Positions 13,291 through 23,845 of a DNA stretch of 64,000 nucleotides are shown one piece after another. The stretch lies in contig NC_068992.1 in assembly GCF_001194135.2 (NCBI RefSeq), positions 67,196,105 to 67,260,104 of the forward strand, in the 5' to 3' direction. The stretch is from Octopus bimaculoides. Taxonomy: Eukaryota. The position numbers and the translations under genes were made by a program. Numbering within the stretch: the stretch's first letter is position 1; every line of letters begins with the position of its first letter. Under the pieces are notes generated by a model, which had not been told where the DNA came from, searched no databases, and was given only the letters and a program-made list of their open reading frames with translations.

Positions 13291-13533
13291 TACATTATTT
13301 ACATTAATTACATTTGACGGATATTTGTCCTCATCTTGTTTATTGTTAACACAACGTTTCGGCTGATATAACCTCCAGCCTTCATCACATAATAATAATA
13401 ACATTGAAATATACCTTAGGAATGAGAACCCAGGTTCGAAATTTCTCCAAGACACCAGATGAAGGCTGGAGGGTATATCAGCTGAAGAGATGAGGACAAA
13501 TATCCGTCAAATGCAAATAATGTAAATAATGTA
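13291..13533. mobile_element. Inverted pair of Penelope-type terminal repeats containing minimal hammerhead remnants
   Basis: Arm 13291-13387 is the reverse complement of arm 13457-13533 (shared agatgaggacaaatatccgtcaaatg...aatgtaaataatgta and gatgaaggctggagg.tatatcagc). The arms are separated by about 70 nt. Confidence 0.7.
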
Positions 13534-13689
13534 TGTTTTTTTTCATGTTGTACATCAAATTTATTTGTAATTAATAGCAACATGAGGGAAATCAATAAAT
13601 CACTGGGTTTAGTTGGATCCAGCGAGCAGCTCTGATGCTGTTGGTTCACATATTGCTAACAGCAATGTTTTAGGTCACGTTAGCAGAAA

Positions 13690-14570
13690 ATGGTCCACGC
13701 ACGCACGCACACACACTTGTGATAGTCATCCATCGGTGTCTGTGCTGTGAGCGATGAAAGCGCATCTGACGCCGGAGTCCAAAGTTGGAAGCACACAGGC
13801 AGTCACAGATGTCACAGAAATAGAGTCTGTTGACTGCATTGAGGTGGATGTTGCCCTCTAACGTCTTTCTCTTGTAGCATCAGCATGCTGACGTCGGACT
13901 TTTTCGACGGCAGTTGCTGCTTTTGAGATGAGAGACGCTCACGCTGAAGTGTCTGCGGCAGAGGTTTCGAGTTCGCGCCGACTAATGCCGCTTCATTTGA
14001 GGTTGATTTTCAAGGTGTCCTTATACCTACTTTTAGGTCATTTTGCTTCGATGAGCCCTGCGTGAGGTCACCGTACAACAGCTGCCTAGGCTCACGACTG
14101 ATAATCATTCTGGTGACGTGGTCAGTCCGGCGTGAATGAGCCTTCAGCAACATTAATCAATGCTTGTTGAGCCAGCTCTGTTCAGTACTGCTTGGTTTGT
14201 CACTCTGTCCTGCCAGAGAATGCCCATGATCCTGTGCAGTGCCCTTGTGTGAAAATGTTGCAGCTGTTTAATGTACTGGCTGTATGAGATCCATGTTTGA
14301 CATCCATAGAAAATTGTAGAGGCTACAGCCTTGCTGGTCTTGAGCTTTGTCGACCGTCCGATACTTTTCCGATTGAGAACTTTGACCTTCAGTCTTCAAA
14401 GTGCTTGGCTGGCTTTGTGGATTCTGGATGAGATTTTGCTGTCCAGTGACCCAACGGCTGAGATTGTGCTGCCAAGTTAGTTGATGCTTTCGACACACGT
14501 CAGCCTGACTCCTTTGAGGGTGATGTTTGTCTGGGGGCGAATTTAGTTTGTGGTTACTTGGATTAGAACC
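13690..14570 (-). mobile_element. Degenerate RTE-clade LINE (RT C-terminal part)
   Basis: Minus frame FYGCQTWISYSQYIKQLQHFHTRALHRIMGILWQDRVTNQAVLNRAG matches RTE LLYGCETW...QLE.FH..CLR.I..I.WQD.VTN..VL.RA. Confidence 0.85.
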
Positions 14571-16510
14571 TCTGTATTCTAATCATTCAAATTGTTAGAG
14601 CGTTCTAAGAGGTACTACTGTTGTCAAGAACTCAACTGCCAGTTAAAGACATTTGAAATCTGACGATTACTCTATGCGTGAAAACACTAATTTAACTTTA
14701 TGAGCATTACAATATATTTTTAAAAAGTTAAAATACCACAATAAGAAACGTGAAGAGCAAACTATGTTTTAACTTTATTCACCTGATATATATACACACA
14801 CGCATACACACACACACACACACACACACACATCTGTACCGGGTGTGCGTGTGCATGTGTGTGCGCGTGTGTGTGTATCTGCGTGTGTTTGAGTATGCGT
14901 GTGTGTGTTGTGTATATGTGTTTGTGTGCGTGTGTGTGTGCGCCCGCGCGGTCGCTTTTATATCGTCTTTTCATTGCTTATGTCAGCGAAACACAGAACT
15001 TTGGTAGGAATTGACGTAGAGATAGCACCAGGCTTAAAATTAAATCTGGAATCGATTTAATAGAATAAATGTTTCAACGTAGGACTCCAGCATGGCCTTA
15101 ATACAAGGACTAAAACATATAAAAGAATACAAGATGTCTCTCTCTCTCTCTCTCTCTCTTCTCACTCACTCACTCACTCACTCACTCACNNNNNNNNNNN
15201 NNNNNNNNNNNNNNNNNNNNNNNNNNNNNNNNNNNNNNNNNNNNNNNNNNNNNNNNNNNNNNNNNNNNNNNNNNNNNNNNNNNNNNNNNNNNNNNNNNNN
15301 NNNNNNNNNNNNNNNNNNNNNNNNNNNNNNNNNNNNNNNNNNNNNNNNNNNNNNNNNNNNNNNNNNNNNNNNNNNNNNNNNNNNNNNNNNNNNNNNNNNN
15401 NNNNNNNNNNNNNNNNNNNNNNNNNNNNNNNNNNNNNNNNNNNNNNNNNNNNNNNNNNNNNNNNNNNNNNNNNNNNNNNNNNNNNNNNNNNNNNNNNNNN
15501 NNNNNNNNNNNNNNNNNNNNNNNNNNNNNNNNNNNNNNNNNNNNNNNNNNNNNNNNNNNNNNNNNNNNNNNNNNNNNNNNNNNNNNNNNNNNNNNNNNNN
15601 NNNNNNNNNNNNNNNNNNNNNNNNNNNNNNNNNNNNNNNNNNNNNNNNNNNNNNNNNNNNNNNNNNNNNNNNNNNNNNNNNNNNNNNNNNNNNNNNNNNN
15701 NNNNNNNNNNNNNNNNNNNNNNNNNNNNNNNNNNNNNNNNNNNNNNNNNNNNNNNNNNNNNNNNNNNNNNNNNNNNNNNNNNNNNNNNNNNNNNNNNNNN
15801 NNNNNNNNNNNNNNNNNNNNNNNNNNNNNNNNNNNNNNNNNNNNNNNNNNNNNNNNNNNNNNNNNNNNNNNNNNNNNNNNNNNNNNNNNNNNNNNNNNNN
15901 NNNNNNNNNNNNNNNNNNNNNNNNNNNNNNNNNNNNNNNNNNNNNNNNNNNNNNNNNNNNNNNNNNNNNNNNNNNNNNNNNNNNNNNNNNNNNNNNNNNN
16001 NNNNNNNNNNNNNNNNNNNNNNNNNNNNNNNNNNNNNNNNNNNNNNNNNNNNNNNNNNNNNNNNNNNNNNNNNNNNNNNNNNNNNNNNNNNNNNNNNNNN
16101 NNNNNNNNNNNNNNNNNNNNNGTAGAGTTATTAGTGATATATTATTAGAAATAAGCTATTTCTCATAAATTGATAATAAAGAGTTCTTTTGCTATGTATA
16201 TTGTTTTGATGTCTAAGATGTCGGTTCACTTAATGTTTGCAGACTTTGTTGCATTGCGCCGGGAAATATTGTTAGTGTCCTGATTATTTATTATTGATTT
16301 GTAGGAAAGGAAAAAGATCAGGGATCGATTGGGGAAGTTATTGGTTTCCTCGACGTCAATTCAGGACTTTTAGCGATGCTGGATTGATGAGAGTGAAAAT
16401 AAGATGAGATTTGAAATCACACTGCATATGTTTGTAATAGAATACTGTAAAGCAGTTTGCTCCCAAAGTTACAAAGTCCAGCAGACTCTATACTTTACAG
16501 CAATTAATAA

Positions 16511-17370
16511 TGGTTTCAAGTTTTGGCACAGGGTCTGCAAATTAGGGAGACGGAGTAAGCCATTGTGATCATCGTCGGAGTTTGAGCTCAGAATGTATAG
16601 ACGGACGAAAAGTCGCTGAGAATTTTGCTAACGATTCCGTTAACGATTCCGCTAACGATTCCGCCAACAATTCCGTTAACGTTTCTGCTAACGATTCAGT
16701 TAACGATTCTGCTAACGATTCCGTTAACAATTCCGCTAACAATTCTGCTAACGATTCCGTTAACGATTCCGCTAACGATTCTCCTAACGATTCTGCTAAC
16801 GATTCTCCTAACCATTCCGCTAACGATTCCGCTAACGATTCCGATAACGATTCCGCTAACGATTCTCCTAACGATTCCACTAACGATTCCGCTAACGATT
16901 CTCCTAACCATTCCGCTAACGATTCCGCTAACGATTCCGCTAACGATTCCGCTAACGATTCCGCTAACGATTCCGCTAACGATTCTCCTAACCATTCCGC
17001 TAACGATTCCGCTAACGATTCCGATAACGATTCCGCTAACGATTCTCCTAACCATTCCGTNNNNNNNNNNNNNNNNNNNNNNNNNNNNNNNNNNNNNNNN
17101 NNNNNNNNNNNNNNNNNNNNNNNNNNNNNNNNNNNNNNNNNNNNNNNNNNNNNNNNNNNNNNNNNNNNNNNNNNNNNNNNNNNNNNNNNNNNNNNNNNNN
17201 NNNNCTAACGATTCCGCTAACGATTCCGCTAACGATTCCGCTAACGATTCCGCTAACGATTCTCCTAACCATTCCGCTAACGATTCCGCTAACGATTCCG
17301 ATAACGATTCCGCTAACGATTCTCCTAACCATTCCGTTAACGATTCCGTTAACGATTCCGCAGGCCGCTT
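16511..17370 (-). mobile_element. SINE family A copy, internally deleted, hosting the 12-bp minisatellite
   Basis: 16511-16626 matches the family tail and body (tggtttcaagttttggcacagg...ggagtttgagctcagaatgtatagacggacgaaa). The array replaces the gctaacgattctgcc head segment. Confidence 0.8.
16627..17361. repeat. 12-bp minisatellite (GCTAACGATTCC)n
   Basis: About 36 units before and about 13 after the N gap at 17061-17204, with variant units (CCT, GAT, GTT, CAT). Confidence 0.98.
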
Positions 17371-17980
17371 CACTGAAATAATAATACTAAGATGTATTAG
17401 GAATTATTTCATAAAATTTTCTCTTGAATGGACACTTTTGTAACTTTTATGTATTCACTAAGGTTTCTCTCACTGTCACAATTTTTCTAAAAATGTCACG
17501 AAAAAAAAAATAAATAAAAGGAATTAATTTATTATGTTAATTGGCACCCCACTCCCATATCATTCATTACATAGAGTGAAGTACAAAAACATACACACGC
17601 ACGCACACCACACATAATATCAGCACTTACTAGCACATCACCAATTACTTCTGGTTGCATTCATTAACTTATTTACATCTGGAAGCAAGGAAATACCTGA
17701 ACGCATATCTATACGGTATGTGTGTGTGTTTGTGTGTCATTGTGTTTACAAACAACACCAAAATAAAATAAATATATAGAGAGTACATTTTATTTATTTA
17801 GTCAAATCTAGGTCTCCACCGTAACTCTGCCCTGGCTTCAAGAGTCTCTTTCTGTTGAGGAACTTGAAACTAAGAAGAACATTAGCCTAAACTTGTGTCT
17901 ATGAACAAATATATTCTTATAGAAATATTACAATTTATTTATGTTGCATAACGTATTCTATTTATTATATTTTAAAACAG

Positions 17981-18046
17981 ATCAATGGGCGAAATACCCT
18001 GGGTGAAAATATCGCCGATAATGGTGGACTGAAGCAGTCATTCCGG
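17981..18046 (+). CDS. M13 peptidase exon with third zinc ligand (GENIAD motif)
   Basis: aaacag|ATC...CGG|gtaggt. Translates INGRNTLGENIADNGGLKQSFR. 66 nt, phase 0 to 0. Confidence 0.97.
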
Positions 18047-18427
18047 GTAGGTTGACACATCGGATTGTGTTGTCGTTTGTTTTTTGTCTCGTTAAATACG
18101 TTTGTTGAAAATGTGTTGAAACAAATCTTAATGTTTAGACTTGTTGACGATATGAAAAAATAAATATCAAAAGCGGTCGTTTGTTTACAAGAATGTCATT
18201 GCATCGCTACAAGGTTTACAAACCATTTGAAGATAATACTGAGAAAACTAAGCTATTTATTTGAGAAAACTTAAAGAAATGTAGATAATAGGACACAAGT
18301 TAAAATTACTTACTCTAAAGATTTCATTAACAATAACATCAAATTTAATGCGAAACTGGACTCAATTTAAGACATGACAGATTATCGATATTAAAATGTC
18401 TGCCGATCTGTCTGTCCATATCACTTT

Positions 18428-18497
18428 GTATGTATGTATGTATGCATGTTTGTATGTATGTATGTATGTATGTATGTATGTATGTATGCATGTATGC

Positions 18498-18541
<44 letters not shown>

Positions 18542-18600
18542 GTCTGTCTGTCTGTCTGTCTGTCTGTATGTCTGTCTGTCTGTCTGACTGTCTGTCTGTC
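18428..18600. repeat. Compound microsatellite (TATG/TATC/TGTC)
   Basis: Direct reading. It runs into an N gap. Confidence 0.95.
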
Positions 18601-20180
18601 NNNNNNNNNNNNNNNNNNNNNNNNNNNNNNNNNNNNNNNNNNNNNNNNNNNNNNNNNNNNNNNNNNNNNNNNNNNNNNNNNNNNNNNNNNNNNNNNNNNN
18701 NNNNNNNNNNNNNNNNNNNNNNNNNNNNNNNNNNNNNNNNNNNNNNNNNNNNNNNNNNNNNNNNNNNNNNNNNNNNNNNNNNNNNNNNNNNNNNNNNNNN
18801 NNNNNNNNNNNNNNNNNNNNNNNNNNNNNNNNNNNNNNNNNNNNNNNNNNNNNNNNNNNNNNNNNNNNNNNNNNNNNNNNNNNNNNNNNNNNNNNNNNNN
18901 NNNNNNNNNNNNNNNNNNNNNNNNNNNNNNNNNNNNNNNNNNNNNNNNNNNNNNNNNNNNNNNNNNNNNNNNNNNNNNNNNNNNNNNNNNNNNNNNNNNN
19001 NNNNNNNNNNNNNNNNNNNNNNNNNNNNNNNNNNNNNNNNNNNNNNNNNNNNNNNNNNNNNNNNTCACAAGGGGTAGTATTTCATAGTTTTTGCACTTTC
19101 AGTTCGAATTCTATTGAGTCTTAAATAAAAAAAAAAATGGTTCCACAAGTGAGAAAGTCTGCTAATCACTTAATTTTATGTTTTTTTTTTTAAAGGTTGA
19201 GTAATCTCTCTTTGAGTTAAAGTGTTTTTAAGGTGAAAATATATGATTTAAAATATTCATTTCGATCTCGACCACAGAGTCACGAATAAGCAAAACTCAC
19301 ATTGCAATGGAACAAGCAACGATAATAGTGATGGTTACAAACTTTGGCAGCAGTTTTTGATGGGAGGCAGAAGTCGATGACATGTCTTTAGCAGCTGCTT
19401 ATTGTATCAACACCGAAAATATAAAACGCAAAGTGGACAGCGGAGGAAAAACAACCGAAATAATAAATACATTGTATTTCTTACATTAATGAACAATAGC
19501 TTTTAGAGAAACATATTCCGATGAATGCAGCTTTGATAAAAATAATCACATGGACAAAAATGCATGCATTGATTCGATGGACAGAAAAATAAAATATAAA
19601 ATACATAGACGTTTACAGAAACCTTAAGAATAGAAATACGCTCAGAATAGGAATTTAGAGTGATCTCCCTTGTTTTCCACTATAGTTACTCTGCAAGTAA
19701 CTTGAGAGTAACCTCCCCTGCATTGCTAATTTTTATGATATTCCTTTCTTATTTTTCAATGTTATTTATTTCACATTTAATTATTAAACAGACTTTAAAA
19801 AAAATTCCTATCGTATCCATATCTTTATAATTACCCAAATAAATTCTTTGATGAAAATAGGAAGTGTTCCCAACACAAACATTTCCATAATTTCTGGTTT
19901 TATCGGTGTATGGACACGGGGAATACGTGTCTGGCGTTGAAAAGAAACGCTCTCCTCTCGTCCCATCGATAAATACACCAACGTCTGAACGACAAATAGG
20001 CTGGCAGTGAGACAAAATGGATGAAACAGTGCTAACGTTATTGCGCGCGCGCGCGGGGTTGTTTGCAATGCGTCTCTCTCTCTCTCTCTCTCACTCTCCC
20101 TCCCTCTCTCTCTCTCTTTCTCTCTCTCTCTCTNNNNNNNNNNNNNNNNNNNNNNNNNNNNNNNNNNNNNNNNNNNNNNN

Positions 20181-20219
<39 letters not shown>

Positions 20220-20299
20220 GCACACTCCCTCTCACATACACACCACACACACAACCACACGCACACACGCACACACGCATACACAAACACAACGCTAAC

Positions 20300-20480
20300 G
20301 AAACATCATAGATTCCGTCAAACACTTCGTGGCATACGAGTGGTTGAGAGATGAAGTGTTCCACGAAAGGCCTGACTGGAGGCCTAACCTTCCGAGTTCT
20401 TTACAGGGCTTAGAGAACTGAAGGACTGCTGCAATAAGTGTGCCACTGTAAGCGGGGAATATGTTGAATGATATCATAAT
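20300..20480 (+). mobile_element. Mariner transposase C-terminal relic
   Basis: Ends ...aataagtgtgccactgtaagcggggaatatgttgaatga = KCATVSGEYVE*, similar to mariner KC...G.YVE*. Confidence 0.55.
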
Positions 20481-21616
20481 TAACTCTTGTATTTTCTTTT
20501 ATCCAAAGCCAAGAACTCTTCAGCACCCACTCGTAGAATCTCGAAGTGACATACCTGACACAATTCCTCATGTCACAAACAATTACCGATTGTGGGTCTC
20601 ATAGCCAGATCCTCGTTAATATTTTCTTTCTGTCTCTCCTGATCATCACACTCTACAAAAGCAACTTCCCGGATAGATTTCGTCATCGATACAAAGTTAA
20701 ATAACAGCCTTTAAAAAAAGGTTGCAGGGTTTATTTGATCTGTCCATTCCCCCGATGCACGTTAAAACAAGTAACATACATATTCCTATCGAAGTAGTAT
20801 AAACATATAATTCTCCTGATTGACCAACACTTTCAATAATTAAATGAGATCAGAAATGACTAAAATGAAAAATATTGAAAGGCATTTCAGAGGTGGCTAC
20901 GCTAATCTTTCAAACAGACATGGAATTACATATATAACATTAGAACATTATACGTTTGAAATCTTAGAATTTGACAGGGGGATCAATCGTGAATCATTAT
21001 TTCTCGAGCCTCAAGTGAATACACACCGTCTCTTTCTCCCACTTCTCTGTTGTCCTTAAATCACACCGGTTCATACTAAACATCCTTCAAATAAACGTCA
21101 CCATTTCTACTCAAGCTGGAAAAACTATAATCAATTTCTTCTTTCTCAGATTAAATTCTTGCTATTCTTTTTGTTACTCTTTTTATCTTCTTCATATTAT
21201 ATCATGGATAAAAGATGCACCACTCAGATTTTTAGATTCGAAATCGCCTTTAATTTTGAAGTTTTGTTCGAATGTTGAAAATGTATTAATTGACAAACCT
21301 AATTGAGGAGCCTCTCAGGAGCCATTCACTCATATAGAAATGGCAGTTAAATCTCCCTCAACTTATACTCTGCAATCTTAAACAAATAACACACATTTGA
21401 AGATGTAGTTCGAGGCAAAGAATCAAGAAATAATCCTGGATATAGATTAGGACAACTAAGGTCCGATGTTAATCTTGTTCTAACCAAAATAGATCAATTG
21501 AAATAGTATGAAAATGAATTGATTCTTCGGCATTTGCCAATTTTCTTTGTTAAACAACTTGAAATATGATAGAATTTTCAGAAAGTCATTGCATTAATTC
21601 TTTATTTACATTTTAG

Positions 21617-21715
21617 GCTTACAAGAACTGGATCCGTAAGCGAGGAGCAGAAGAGCCGAAACTACCCGGTCTTAACTATACCCATGAACAATTGTTCTTC
21701 CTGGGATTTGCGCAG
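21617..21715 (+). CDS. M13 peptidase exon
   Basis: ttttag|GCT...CAG|gttag. Translates [33 protein letters not shown], matching the family LPGL...QLFF.FAQ segment. 99 nt, phase 0 to 0. Confidence 0.96.
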
Positions 21716-21780
21716 GTTAGTGGTTTGAAACAGCTATTTACCGCAAATGAATATTATAACATATACTTTCTACGTCTTAG

Positions 21781-22362
21781 TACTTGAGGAAGTTGAAAAT
21801 TATCCGCACGTTCGCCATAAAATATCACATTGCCTCCTGCGCATGTGTACTTATAGTTAGTACTATTGTGGTCCCATGATCAAAGGTTGAGCTTGATGGC
21901 GCCATTTTTCTTTCTGACTTTACGGTGTAAGCATGATCGCTCTGCTAGCAATGTGCACCAAACTGAACAAAGAGCAGTCACCCGATTGCTCTGGTCGCAA
22001 GGTGTGTCACGTGCTAAAATTTATCAGAGACAATATGGGTGCCAAGAGAGCTTACTGCAGAGGAAAAGTGCAAGCATTTTGAGGTCTGCCAACGTTTACC
22101 CGATCGCTACAAAAATGAGGGCGACAAATTTTTAAGTACAATAGTCACAAAAGATGAAACGTGGGTCCATCTTTATGCGGCAGATTCCAGACCAACCGAA
22201 AACCTTCATTTTGGAAGGAATATGCAGGCTTGTGGACCGCTGGACCAAGTGCATCGAAAAGGAAAGAGGCTATATAGAAAAATGACGTACATGTTTATCC
22301 CCTGCCTTTGTGTAAATACAATGAAAAAACAAGGGTGCGTATAATTTTTAACACTCCCTTTA
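21781..22362 (+). mobile_element. Internally deleted mariner with both TIRs
   Basis: TIR core gttgaaaattatccgcac (left) vs reverse-complement gttaaaaattatacgcac (right). Transposase remnants EQRAVTRLLWSQG and LTAEEK...FLSTIVTKDETWVHLY jump directly to EGICRLVDRWTKCIEKERGYIEK*. Confidence 0.85.
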
Positions 22363-22553
22363 CGTGGGGGTGTGCATGTTACGTGTAGTGCATGTTTATA
22401 ACATTTCAACGTAGTTTCATCCTGGCAAACTACGTGACCGTCGGTGATAACAGTGAGGATTGTTGTTGTAGTTCTATTACTAGTTACAACAGTTGCAGTA
22501 GATTTTATTCTAATACAATGAGCGTTGATTGAATGTTATTGACTTTATTTCAG

Positions 22554-22630
22554 GTTTGGTGTGGGAACATGCGGCCCCAGTATGCACAGAACCGCATTTT
22601 GTCTGGGTACCACAGCCCAGGTCGATTTCG
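22554..22630 (+). CDS. M13 peptidase exon with catalytic His (HSP..FR)
   Basis: tttcag|GTT...TTT CG|gtaagc. Translates VWCGNMRPQYAQNRILSGYHSPGRF(R). 77 nt, phase 0 to 2. Confidence 0.96.
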
Positions 22631-23745
22631 GTAAGCAAACATTTCCTATGATATCTTAATGTTACTTGTCTCTCAGACATTTTAACTTGCTCATTAAATA
22701 TACCTGACAAATATTTGTGGCCAATCAGTCCAATTAATCTTCATCAATTAAGAATGTTGTGTCTTTCGCAATGTGGAGAGTCTATTAGACAGAAACATTG
22801 GCAATTCGCTGTGCGCAAGTAGACAGGATGTAACGGATTGTTGCGTCAAGTTTCCAATTACCGAAATAGGAAAACTGTAGTTGTCTTTTAGCGTGCGTGT
22901 GCGAGTGCATGTGCACGTGCGTATGCTTTTGTGTATGTTCGTATGTAAATGGATGTGAGTAGGTGTGGACGGACGTACATATTTTCAAGGGAAGCAACTC
23001 CAGAAGGTAAAAGATTCAGGGGAGACAAATGTAAACTTTAAGCACCTAACACAAATCTAGTAGCAGTATAAGAAATCTAGTCAACTTTCTTGTGAGGTCA
23101 TGGTTGGACAAGGACAACTCATTGGACAAAGTTAAATAGCCATACAATTTACACATCGTAGTTTCTGTAATACCAGGGAGAGGTATTGTATATGTATGTG
23201 TGCGTGTTTTATGTGTGAGTGTGTGTGAGTTGTGTGCGTGCGTGTTTTGTGTGTGAGTGTGTGTGTGTGTGTATGTCTATGTATATACATACATATATAT
23301 ATATAGTTAAGTTAGAATTACCACATTTGATACATGGTGTGTTAATTAGTGAAAGACATGTAGTTATACAGAGAAGAAAAAACAAAATGAACCAATAAAA
23401 GTAAAGCATACTCCACAGAAAATGTACATAAAACGATGATAATGATGTGACATATCCAGCGATATAACTACATAGCATCGTGATCTTACGTTCTATAGAG
23501 CGAAAAGTTGATTTAGATACTTCCAATCATGCATTAGAAGTTTCAAAAGCATCCGAACGAAATGTCTCTATATAGACATAATATGTATGGAACTTATCCA
23601 ACTGTGAATATAAGACGTCATACCAGGAAATATAACACGAAATCTGAAACTAGCAGCGCATAAATGTTGTCATAACTTTGAAATAATTGGTTTAAATATG
23701 TAAATATGTATTATAACGGGAATTTTTTGTTTCGTTTTGCAACAG

Positions 23746-23845
23746 GGTTATTGGTACACTGCATAACTCGAAGGAATTTTCAGAAGCCTTCAACTGCCCA
23801 AAGGGCAGCTACATGAATCCAGAGAAGAAGTGCTCAGTGTGGTGA
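23746..23845 (+). CDS. M13 peptidase terminal coding exon (CxxW-stop)
   Basis: caacag|G GTT...TGG TGA. Translates (R)[32 protein letters not shown]. Phase matches the previous exon. Very close to the neprilysin C-terminus. Confidence 0.97.

Noticed and set aside
16582-17443. Long ORFs encoding (NDSA)n, (LTIP)n, (LAES)n and (GIVS)n
   Set aside because: Open on several frames and both strands simply because the 12-bp unit lacks stops. It is intronic and derived from a SINE, with no splice support.
19749-20015. 88-aa minus-strand ORF next to a (GC)n run
   Set aside because: No homology recognised and no convincing splice or promoter context.
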